A stretch of DNA of 64,000 nt from the NCBI GenBank assembly GCA_937960595.1, contig CALGPL010000038.1, positions 107 to 64,106 of the forward strand, written 5' to 3'. Shown piece by piece: positions 52,663 through 60,871 of this stretch. Source of the stretch: an uncultured Anaerolineales bacterium. Its GTDB lineage: Bacteria; Chloroflexota; Anaerolineae; Anaerolineales; Villigracilaceae. The notes beneath the pieces are model-generated. The model saw only the letters and a list, made by a program, of their open reading frames with translations, had not been told where the DNA came from and did not search any database. A program made the position numbers and the translations under genes. Within the stretch, counting starts at the first letter, position 1; each line of letters opens with the position of its first letter.

Positions 52663-52835
52663 TTTTCAACACAAAGGACCCAAAGGGGACACGAAGGTTC
52701 ACGAAGGGTTGCTTTGGTTTTTCAACACGAAGGACGCGAAGGGGGCACAAAGGTTCACGAAGGTTTGATTTGGGTTTTTAACACGAAGGGTGCGAAGGGG
52801 ACACAGAGGCTCACGAAGAAAGCCTTTGAGTTTTT
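52663..52835 (+). repeat. Family B: three tandem units of about 56 nt, related to the 5-prime half of family A
   Basis: The units start near 52663, 52719 and 52775. Each reads ttttcaacacRaaggaCNCRaaggggRcacaRaggttcacgaagg... Confidence 0.85.
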
Positions 52836-52844
52836 GTTTTACCG

Positions 52845-52965
52845 GAGATGAACAGAGATAAACAGGTTTTGTCTCCGTTCATCTCCGTTTATCTCCGGTT
52901 TGTTCATCTCCGTTTATCCCCGGTTTGTTCATCTCCGTTTATCCCCGGTTTGTTTATCTCCGGTT
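52845..52965 (+). repeat. Family C, copy 4: an inverted arm plus three and a half tandem 25-nt units (two 10-nt TTYATC units plus ggttt)
   Basis: gagatgaacagagataaacagg is the inverted arm. Then gttcatctccgtttatcYccggttt repeats at 52877, 52902 and 52927, with a partial unit to 52965. Confidence 0.9.
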
Positions 52966-54680
52966 ACAAGTTCTTTCTGCCGCGCTTTGCGGCGCAGGTC
53001 TTTCTCCACGAAGAGCGGCTCGCCCGTGAACGGGTCGCGCTCGGTGTAGTACATCAGGCTGGAGTAAGTGGACGGGGTGGGGGTGAAGACCTGCACCTGT
53101 TCCGGGTGAATCTTGAGTTCGCGGCTGGCGAAGTGTTTGACCCGCTGCATGTCGGCCTCGCTGCAGCCGGGGTGGGCGGCGATCAGGTAGTAGGTCAGAA
53201 ACTGCCGCTTGCCCGCCTGGCGGTTCAGGGCGTCGAAGCGGCGCTTGAATTCCAGCAGGGATTGACTCCCCGGCTTGCCCATCAGCCCCAGGATGCGGTC
53301 GTCCACGTGTTCGGGGGCGACTTTGAGTTGCCCGGAGACGTGATGCGCCACCAGTTCGCGCAGGTAGGCGTCGCCGTGTTCGCGGTCGCACAGCAGCAGG
53401 TCGTAGCGCAGACCGGAGGCGACGAACACTTTCTTCACGCCGGGGATGCGGCGCACCTTCTTCAGCAGTTCGGTCTGCGGCCGGTGATTCACCGGCAGGA
53501 GCGGGCAGACTTCGGGGAAGACGCAGCGCTTGGCGGTGCAGATGCCCTTGGCGAGTTTCTTGGGGCATTCGAAGCCGTACATGTTGACCGTCGGGCCGCC
53601 CAGGTCTTGGATGTAGCCCTTGAAATCGGGGTGGCGCGTCAGGCGCTCGGCCTCGGCCAGGATGGACTCGGGGCTGCGCCAGCGGACGGTCGTCCCCTCG
53701 TGGACGGAGATGGCGCAGAAGTTGCACTCGCCGTAGCAGCCGCGGTGGGTGGCGATGGAGAAGCCGATGGTTTCGAGCGCCCTGACCCGGCCCTGCTGCT
53801 CGTAGAAGGGATGCTGGCGGCGCTCGAAGTCGAGGGCGTAGATGGCGTCCAGTTCGGCCTGCGTCTCGGTGAGAGCGGGCGGGTTCTGGACCAGGTAGCG
53901 GTCGGCGTGTTTCTGGGTGAGGCCGCGGGCGCTGACGGGGTCGTTGTTGCGGTAAAAGGTGTGGAACATCTGCGTGAAGGCTTCTTTGTCGGCGGCGACG
54001 GTCTCGTAGGCGGGCAGTTCCAGGTAGCCGGCGGGCGGCTCTTTGGCGATGTAGCACAGGCCGCGCACGCGGCGCGGGTCGCGTCCGTCGCGCAGACAGG
54101 CCGCCAGGTCCAGCACGCTGCGCTCGGCCATGCCGTAGAGGAGATAGTCGGCTTTGGCGTCGAAGAGAATCGAGCGGCGGATGGCGTCGTCCCAGTAGTC
54201 GTAGTGCGCCACGCGGCGCAAACTGGCTTCGATTCCGCCCAGGACGATGGGGGCGGCAGGTCCCCTCTCCCCTCGGGAGAGGGCGGAGGGTGAGGGGGCG
54301 GCTTTCATGAACCTGCGAATCAAATTGCTGTACACGATCGTCGCCCGGTCGGGGCGGCGGGTGTTCTCGCCGCCGGGGGTGTAGTCGTCCGAGCGGCGCT
54401 TCTTCTTCAGGGCGGTGTAGTTGGCGACCATCGAGTCGACGCAGCCGGCGGTCACGCCCCAGAAGAGGCGCGGCAGACCGAGGCGTCCGATGTCGCTCAC
54501 GTCCGAGACGTCCGGCTGGGCGATGATGCCGACGCGGTAGCCGGCGTTCCACAGCACCTTGCCGATGACCGCCGCCCCGATGAACGGGCTGTCAATGTAC
54601 GAATCGCCGGTCACCAGGATGACGTCGAGCGCATCCCAGCCCAGGCGGCGGACTTCTTCGGAGGTCGTCGGCAGGAACAT
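52929..54680 (-). CDS. ygiQ: YgiQ-family radical SAM protein (UPF0313)
   Basis: MFLPTTSEEVRRLGWDALDVILVTGDSYIDSPF...GGIEASLRR.AHYDYW...GCYGECNFCAI. The start is at M24 (cat 54678-54680). The last 12 codons lie inside repeat C copy 4. Confidence 0.9.
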   Translation of the reverse strand: MFLPTTSEEVRRLGWDALDVILVTGDSYIDSPFIGAAVIGKVLWNAGYRVGIIAQPDVSDVSDIGRLGLPRLFWGVTAGCVDSMVANYTALKKKRRSDDYTPGGENTRRPDRATIVYSNLIRRFMKAAPSPSALSRGERGPAAPIVLGGIEASLRRVAHYDYWDDAIRRSILFDAKADYLLYGMAERSVLDLAACLRDGRDPRRVRGLCYIAKEPPAGYLELPAYETVAADKEAFTQMFHTFYRNNDPVSARGLTQKHADRYLVQNPPALTETQAELDAIYALDFERRQHPFYEQQGRVRALETIGFSIATHRGCYGECNFCAISVHEGTTVRWRSPESILAEAERLTRHPDFKGYIQDLGGPTVNMYGFECPKKLAKGICTAKRCVFPEVCPLLPVNHRPQTELLKKVRRIPGVKKVFVASGLRYDLLLCDREHGDAYLRELVAHHVSGQLKVAPEHVDDRILGLMGKPGSQSLLEFKRRFDALNRQAGKRQFLTYYLIAAHPGCSEADMQRVKHFASRELKIHPEQVQVFTPTPSTYSSLMYYTERDPFTGEPLFVEKDLRRKARQKELVTGDKQTGDKRR

Positions 54681-54782
54681 GAGGTGGATTATAACGTGAA
54701 GGCCTACTTTGGGGGCGCGGATGCAGCCACACCGGCCTGATGATTGCAAGTCGGGCCGAATGAAAACGCCCGGCCTGTTCCT

Positions 54783-56774
54783 CTAGGCGAGGTTTTGGAC
54801 GCTCTCGAACAGTGCCTCGAACGGCGTGCCGCGCCGGTAGAAGGCGAGCGGCTGACCCAGTGGACAGGCGACGCGGTGCTTTCCGGCTCCAATCGGCTGG
54901 CCGTCGAACAGGCCGATCCATTCGCCCTCGGGGATTTCGATGCGCAGTCGTCTGGCTCCCGGACGCATAACCGGGAAGACGAGCAGATCGTCGCCGAGGA
55001 AATAGGCGTCGGCTTTGTTGTGCCAGCGAGGGTGGGCGTGGGCGAGGCAGAAGGGGCGCATCATGCCCAGACCGCTGCGCTGGGCCTCGTCCGAGACGTG
55101 TTTCAGATAAGGGGCCAGGGCGGCGCGCAGACGCGTCAGGCGGGCGAAGTGGGCCATCGTCTCGGCATCCTGCCAGGGCTGGACGCCTGCCCAGGGTCGG
55201 TTGCCCTCATGCGTGCGCAGGACGGGCGAGAGGGCGTTGGCCTCGCACCAGCGGAAGAAGACCTCTCGCGAACGTTTGATCCACTTGAACGAGAAATAGC
55301 CGCCGGCGTCGGTGTGGTAGTACTGGATGCCGGAAAGACAGGCGCTCAGCCCGCCGCGCACGCCGGAGGGGAATCCGTCGTGCCGGTTCCAGTAGACCAC
55401 CTGGTCGCCGCCCCAGATCATGTTCGTGAAACGGGTCGAGGCGGTGTAACCGGCGCGGTGGAAGATAAGCACTTCGTCTTGCAGACCGGCTTCCTCGACC
55501 GCCTGGCGGTTCAATTGCGCCCACAGGAGCGGGTAGAGATTGTGCATCTCGGCTCCGCTGCGTCCATCGTGGAAGCGGGCGTCTTCGGGGATGTCCTCGC
55601 CGTAGTCGGCCATCCAGCCGCGCATCCCCAGGGCGAGCATGTTCTTCTGGAGGATGTCTTCCTTGAACCAGCGCACGGCTGCGGGATTGGTCAGGTCGAG
55701 GATGCCGACCTGGAAGCCGGCGATGCTGGCGATGAGCGCTTCGCCGTCGGGGCCGCGCACCAGGTAGCCGCGTGCGCGGCTCAGGCGGAAGTAGTCGCTC
55801 TCGGCGTTGAAGTAGGGGTTGACGTAGGTCAGCCAGCGAATGCCCTGCTCGGCCCGCCGCCGGATTTCATCCGCCAGGCCGGGATAGAGTTCGGAATCGA
55901 CGATCCAGTTCCAGTACAGGCGCTTGCCCTGCCAGAAGATGCGCACGCCGGCCCAGTCCTGGGTCCAGATGCCGGTCAATTTTGCCCCGGCGGCCAGCAG
56001 GCGGTCCACCGTCTCGCCGACGTAGGGCAAGCCGCCCTGAATGCCGAGGATGCCGCCCTCGAAGACCCAGTCGGGCGGCGGCGGCATGAGGCCGGTCCGC
56101 TTGGCCAGTTTCCCGACCAGCGTTTGGAGGCTTTCTCCGCCGAAGAAGCGCAAGCGCGCCCCGGCCGGGACCTCCAGGCGGTGACGGTCGCGGGCGGTGA
56201 AATCCAGCACGCTGTAGCCGCCGGTCTCGATCAGGCAGCCGTAGCCGCGCGTCGAAAGGAAGGAGGGCTGCGGAAAGTAGGTGTTCCAGTACTCGCCGCC
56301 GGCGTCGGCGACCCAGTTGGCCAGCCAGGTGTAGGGCCGCAGGGGATGGCGGCCGAGGCCCATTTCACTCGTCCAGATGGGGAAGCGCCGCCCGCGCAGG
56401 TTCAAGGTCCCGAATTGCACCCCTCCGCCATAGACCGCCTCGCCGCGTGCGGCGGGCAGGTTCAGGCGGGCGCAGTTGAATCCCTGCGGGAGGTGGATGC
56501 GGAGGGTGAAACCGTCTGGCTCGGCCTCGAAACGCAGCGCGGCCTGCACTTCTCCCTCGAACAGGCGCAGACCGTCCGGCTGCGTCTCGCAGCCGCGCAG
56601 CGCCAGCCGGTTTTCGACCCGCTGGCGGATGCGGTGCATACCGCCGCCGGTGCTGTGGTAGTGAAAGTCGGCCTGTCCGATTTCCAGGAGCGGGCGGCCT
56701 GCCGTGTGGCGCAGAATCTCCAGGCCGTCGAGGTAGATGAAAGTGGCTCCCTCGCGGGTCTCGATCTCGAACAT
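54783..56774 (-). CDS. yihQ: GH31 glycosidase with sulfoquinovosidase (YihQ-type) signature residues
   Basis: 663 aa with IQGG, TQDWAGVRIFWQGKRLYWNW, GWMADYGE, WGGDQ and DAGGYFSF. Residues Q246/Q272/R285/W288/Y493 and D390/D457 sit at a constant 15-16-residue offset from the E. coli YihQ positions I recall (Q262/Q288/R301/W304/Y508, D405/D472). Confidence 0.7.
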   Translation of the reverse strand: MFEIETREGATFIYLDGLEILRHTAGRPLLEIGQADFHYHSTGGGMHRIRQRVENRLALRGCETQPDGLRLFEGEVQAALRFEAEPDGFTLRIHLPQGFNCARLNLPAARGEAVYGGGVQFGTLNLRGRRFPIWTSEMGLGRHPLRPYTWLANWVADAGGEYWNTYFPQPSFLSTRGYGCLIETGGYSVLDFTARDRHRLEVPAGARLRFFGGESLQTLVGKLAKRTGLMPPPPDWVFEGGILGIQGGLPYVGETVDRLLAAGAKLTGIWTQDWAGVRIFWQGKRLYWNWIVDSELYPGLADEIRRRAEQGIRWLTYVNPYFNAESDYFRLSRARGYLVRGPDGEALIASIAGFQVGILDLTNPAAVRWFKEDILQKNMLALGMRGWMADYGEDIPEDARFHDGRSGAEMHNLYPLLWAQLNRQAVEEAGLQDEVLIFHRAGYTASTRFTNMIWGGDQVVYWNRHDGFPSGVRGGLSACLSGIQYYHTDAGGYFSFKWIKRSREVFFRWCEANALSPVLRTHEGNRPWAGVQPWQDAETMAHFARLTRLRAALAPYLKHVSDEAQRSGLGMMRPFCLAHAHPRWHNKADAYFLGDDLLVFPVMRPGARRLRIEIPEGEWIGLFDGQPIGAGKHRVACPLGQPLAFYRRGTPFEALFESVQNLA

Positions 56775-56820
56775 GCTGCCTCCAAAGGACAGGACGGGCG
56801 TGGCAGCCCGTCCTGTGTTC

Positions 56821-58242
56821 TTATGCCTGCTTGCGGATGAAGAGCGCCGCGCCCGCCGACAGGAGGAACATGACGCCGAACATGGCCATCATCAACACGT
56901 AGCCGGACGAATCGGCGATCACGCCGCCGATGTAAGCGCCGATGGCGCCCGCCCCGGCCCCGGCCAGGTTCTGCAGCCCCAGGTATTCGCCGGCGCGCTC
57001 TTTGGGGATGATGTCGGTGCCGAGCGCCCAGGAGGCCACGTTGAACAGGGCATAGGCCAGGCCGATGATAGCGGCGGCCAGGTACATCAGCGGAATGTTC
57101 GGCCCAACGACCATCACGGCAACCCCGACCGCCCCGATCAGCCCGCTCAGGGAGGTCAATAGTTTGCGGTCGTAGCGGTCCGAGAGCCAGCCGGCGATCA
57201 GCCCGAAGAGGATGACGAAGCCGCCCAGCACCATCGGCAGCAGACCGGCCAGACCGGCAGCCTGCTGGCCCGGCAGGTCGAACTTTTCCTGGATGAAGTA
57301 GAGCAAGAAGGAAGCGATGTTATTGATGGCCACCAGCGCCGCCAGACGGCAGATGACCAGCCAGGTGAAGGACGGGTTCTGCAGGCTTTCCTTGCCCAGA
57401 TGAACGGTCAGGCTGGCGAAGATGCCTGCCACCACCGCCACCAACATCGCCACCACCCCGATGGCGCCGAAGGTGAAGCGCGAGGCGCCCTCCAGGGCCG
57501 GCAGGCTCAACTTGACGATTTGCCCCAGCCCGAGGATGATGAGGGTGAAGACGGCCGTCATCAGCACCAGGCTCAGGAACGGCTTCCAGTTCAGCGGGCC
57601 GGGGGCGGTCTTGGGGCGCTCCTCGCGCACCAGCATGGTCAGGCCCATGCAGATCAGCATGGCCACGACGGTCACCAGCAGGGCAGTCGGCAGATTGCCG
57701 CGGCTGACCATCGGGGCGATCACCAGCCCGACCAGCACCAGCGGCAGCGGCACCTCCAGCAGCATCTTGACGCCCGAGGCGATGCCGCGCTTCGGCTGCG
57801 GCACCACGTCGGGGATCAGGCCCTGCGTCCCCGCCTGAGAGAGGTTCGAGGAAACCATCGAGAGCAGATAGACGCCAAACAGGACGGCGTAGCCGGTCAT
57901 GCCCTCCAGCGCCGCAATCCAAGCCATGCTCAGGATCAGCCCGGCTTCCAGGATGGCTCCCAAGAAGATGAACGGTCGCCGGCGGCCCCATTTCAGCCGC
58001 GAGTGGTCGCTGAGCAGGCCGAAGAGGGCTTGCATCAGCAGGGCAGTCATCAGCGCCCACAGGCGGATGGTGCCGTAGTAGGTGCCTTTCTGCTCCTCGC
58101 CAACGAAGGTCTGCACCAGCAGCGGGACGACCAGCCCGGCCAGCACCTGCGAGCGCAAGGTCAGAGCGAACCAGTTGGTGTTGATGAAGAGGTAGTCGTA
58201 CCAGTGGAGTTTACGTTCGGGGGAGAGGACTTCGGCAGTCAT
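56821..58242 (-). CDS. MFS / GPH-family (glycoside-pentoside-hexuronide-like) sugar transporter
   Basis: 473 aa with about 12 TM helices. LSDHSRLKWGRRRPFI matches the GPH signature loop. Confidence 0.8.
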   Translation of the reverse strand: MTAEVLSPERKLHWYDYLFINTNWFALTLRSQVLAGLVVPLLVQTFVGEEQKGTYYGTIRLWALMTALLMQALFGLLSDHSRLKWGRRRPFIFLGAILEAGLILSMAWIAALEGMTGYAVLFGVYLLSMVSSNLSQAGTQGLIPDVVPQPKRGIASGVKMLLEVPLPLVLVGLVIAPMVSRGNLPTALLVTVVAMLICMGLTMLVREERPKTAPGPLNWKPFLSLVLMTAVFTLIILGLGQIVKLSLPALEGASRFTFGAIGVVAMLVAVVAGIFASLTVHLGKESLQNPSFTWLVICRLAALVAINNIASFLLYFIQEKFDLPGQQAAGLAGLLPMVLGGFVILFGLIAGWLSDRYDRKLLTSLSGLIGAVGVAVMVVGPNIPLMYLAAAIIGLAYALFNVASWALGTDIIPKERAGEYLGLQNLAGAGAGAIGAYIGGVIADSSGYVLMMAMFGVMFLLSAGAALFIRKQA

Positions 58243-58342
58243 GCGATTCTCCTTGTTTGGAAGAAATGACTTGCTCTGGCATGATTATATAAGAATTTTC
58301 GCTCGGCGAGTCTGATTCGGGCGGCTTTTTTGGCAGGCGGTA

Positions 58343-58475
58343 TAATAGGCTTTATTCGGAATCCTCGCCAAGACGCGCAGAACGCCAAGATGCCCGAAAA
58401 GGTTGTTGGGAAATGCCTTTGGCGGCCGAAATCCTTCCTGGTGTCTTTGCGCCTTGGCGGCGAAATGGACGCTTG
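58343..58475 (-). repeat. Family A dispersed element, copy 4 (inverted orientation), in the divergent promoter region
   Basis: The reverse complement reads ...ttcgccgccaaggcgcaaagacacc...ggccgccaaaggcatttccc...ttcgggcatcttggcgttctgcgcgtcttggcgaggattccgaataaagcctatta and aligns with 13008-13149. Confidence 0.8.
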
Positions 58476-58498
58476 CATCCCGCTCAGGGAGTCTTTTC

Positions 58499-59845
58499 AT
58501 GAAATATCGTTTGGGCTTCGTCCCGCTTGCCCGCCCGACCTTCGACATGCTTCTGGCCCGAGAAGTCGCCGCCGCCGCCCGCAGCCGTCTCGCCGCGGAC
58601 TTCGACCTGCTCGACCCGCTCGGGCGTGATCCTGGCTGGGAGTTGGTCACCGACCTCTCTGCCGCCCGCCTGGTCGCCGACTGGCTGAAGGACGAACCGC
58701 TCGACCTGCTGGTCGTCTTCCAGGCCACCTTTGCCGACAGCACCCTCGTCACCGCCCTGGCCGAGAAGGTGGACGCTCCGCTCTTCCTGTGGGCGGTCCC
58801 CGAAGCGCGCACGGGCGGCCGATTGCGGCTGAATTCGCTGTGCGGGGTCAATCTGGCGGCGCACGCCCTCAAATTGCGCGGCCAGAACTACGACTACGCC
58901 TATGCCGCTCCCGACTCTCCCGAAACGTCAGAGAAAATTCGGATTCTGGCCGCGGCCGGCAACGTCCGCCGCCGGCTGCGCGGCACCCGCCTGGGCGCGG
59001 TCGGCGATTCCCCGGCCGGCTTGGACTCCTGCGCCCTGGATGAATCCGCCCTGGCTGCCCTGGGCCTGGCGGTCGAGCGCCTCGACCTGGCGGAGGTCTT
59101 CGCCGCGGCGCGGGCGCAATCCTCGGCGTCCCTGACGGACCTGCGCGCCCGTTTGACCCCCCGCCTCGACGGCCTGGCCGAGGTGGAGCAGCCCGCCCTC
59201 CAAGGCTCGCTGGGGGCGACTCTGGCGCTCCGGCAGATGGCCGCCGAAAAGGGCCTGGCAGGCCTGGCCGTGCGCTGCTGGCCGGAATTTTTCACCGACC
59301 TGGGCTGCGCTGCCTGCGGAGCCGTCTCGCTGCTCAGCGACGAGGGCCTGCCTTGCTCGTGCGAGGCCGACATCAACGGCACGGTGACGCAATTGATTTT
59401 GCAGATGTTGAGCGGCGAACCGGCCATGGGCAGCGACCTGGTCGCGGTGGACGAGGCCGAGGACTGCGCCGTCCTGTGGCACTGCGGTCTGGCGCCGCTC
59501 TCGATGGCCGATCCGGCCGTCCGCCCGCGCGCCGGAATCCACTCGAATCGCAAGTTGCCGCTGGTGATGGAATTTGCCCTCAAGCCCGGTGTGGTGACCC
59601 TCGCCCGTCTGAGCCGCGCCGGCGGCACCCTGCGCCTGGTCATCGGACGCGGCGAAATGCTCTCCGCCCCGCCGTCCTTCTCCGGCACCTCCGGCGTCGT
59701 GCGCTTCGAACGGCCGGCGCGGGACGTGCTCGACCTCATCGTTTACGAGGGGCTGGAACATCATCTCTCGCTGACCTATGGCGACTATCTGGAGGAACTT
59801 CAGGCGCTGGCCCGCTTGCTGCGCTTGCCCGTTTTACATCTCTGA
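58499..59845 (+). CDS. L-fucose/L-arabinose isomerase-family (COG2407-like) aldose-ketose isomerase
   Basis: 448 aa. RCWPEF...GLPCSCEADINGTVTQLIL...WHCG matches the metal-site region of FucI/AraA-like proteins. The start is at the ATG at 58499. Confidence 0.75.
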   Translation: MKYRLGFVPLARPTFDMLLAREVAAAARSRLAADFDLLDPLGRDPGWELVTDLSAARLVADWLKDEPLDLLVVFQATFADSTLVTALAEKVDAPLFLWAVPEARTGGRLRLNSLCGVNLAAHALKLRGQNYDYAYAAPDSPETSEKIRILAAAGNVRRRLRGTRLGAVGDSPAGLDSCALDESALAALGLAVERLDLAEVFAAARAQSSASLTDLRARLTPRLDGLAEVEQPALQGSLGATLALRQMAAEKGLAGLAVRCWPEFFTDLGCAACGAVSLLSDEGLPCSCEADINGTVTQLILQMLSGEPAMGSDLVAVDEAEDCAVLWHCGLAPLSMADPAVRPRAGIHSNRKLPLVMEFALKPGVVTLARLSRAGGTLRLVIGRGEMLSAPPSFSGTSGVVRFERPARDVLDLIVYEGLEHHLSLTYGDYLEELQALARLLRLPVLHL

Positions 59846-59861
59846 CTGTTTTGGAGGAACG

Positions 59862-60524
59862 ATGAAGTTTTTTCTCGATTCTGCCCGTCCCGACGAAATC
59901 CGCTACGCCATGGATTTTCTGCGAATCGACGGCGTGACGACCAACCCGCGCCATGTCCAGGCGGCCGGCAAACCTTTCCTGACTACCCTGGGCGAGATTG
60001 CCCGCCTGGTGGAGGGCCGCCCGCTGACCGTCTCCGTCGAGGTCAATCCGCACCACGCGCAGGCGGAAGACATGGCCGCCGAGGGCCACAAACTGGCCGC
60101 GCTCAGCCCGAACTTTGTCATCAAGTTGCCTGCCACCGAAGCCGGTTTCAAGGCCATCGTTTTGCTCAAAGAACGCGGCATCCGCGCCAACCTGACGCTG
60201 GTCTTCTCGGCCGTCCAGGCCTTGCAGGCCATGCGTTTGGGCGCTTTCTACGTCTCGCCGTTCATCGGCTGGAAGGAGGCCAACGGCGAGCCGACGGTGC
60301 AACTCATCGAGGAGATCGCGGCCATCCGCGATCAGTACGGATTCACAACCGAGATCATTGTCGCTGCCCTGCGCAACGGCCGGCAGATCGTCGAGGCGGC
60401 AGTCGCCGGGGCCGATATCGTCACCGCCGGGCTGGCCGTCTATCAGGAGGCGCTCGATCATCCGTATACGCGCGACGGCTTGCGCAAGTTCCAGGAATTC
60501 TGGGACAAGACGCCCTACGAATAA
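59862..60524 (+). CDS. Type-3 transaldolase / fructose-6-phosphate-aldolase family protein with an altered phosphate-binding motif
   Basis: MKFFLDSARPDEI...IDGVTTNP...FVIKLP (Schiff-base Lys)...NLTLVFS...YVSPFIGWKEANG. GGAGG SD at 59853. Confidence 0.85.
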   Translation: MKFFLDSARPDEIRYAMDFLRIDGVTTNPRHVQAAGKPFLTTLGEIARLVEGRPLTVSVEVNPHHAQAEDMAAEGHKLAALSPNFVIKLPATEAGFKAIVLLKERGIRANLTLVFSAVQALQAMRLGAFYVSPFIGWKEANGEPTVQLIEEIAAIRDQYGFTTEIIVAALRNGRQIVEAAVAGADIVTAGLAVYQEALDHPYTRDGLRKFQEFWDKTPYE

Positions 60525-60583
60525 CCGCCGGATCCCGGACGAAAAACGCCGGTTTGGCTATTTTGATCACAAGGAGGCATTCC

Positions 60584-60871
60584 ATGAAATATGGCATTCT
60601 CATGCACGAACCCCACGATGACGTCGGGGTGGCGGTGATGGACCTGACCGCCGGTTCCGAGGTCGGCGCGGCCACGCTCGAAGGCCAGCCGGTCGGGACC
60701 CTGACCCTCGCCGAGGACATTCCCCTCGGCCACAAAGTCGCCCTGCGCGACCTGACAGCCGGGCACAAGGTGCTCGAATACGGTCGGCCGATCGGCGCGG
60801 CGACCCAGGACATCGTCCGCGGCGCGCACGTCCACGTCCACAATCTCAAGACGCTGAGGTGGTCGAAATGA
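60584..60871 (+). CDS. SAF-domain small subunit of a split UxaA-family dehydratase. Candidate (2R)-sulfolactate sulfo-lyase alpha (SuyA-like).
   Basis: 95 aa. [11 protein letters not shown].......G......[23 protein letters not shown]...I..G.HVHVHN is a SAF/UxaA N-terminal domain. AAGGAGG SD. Confidence 0.6.
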   Translation: MKYGILMHEPHDDVGVAVMDLTAGSEVGAATLEGQPVGTLTLAEDIPLGHKVALRDLTAGHKVLEYGRPIGAATQDIVRGAHVHVHNLKTLRWSK

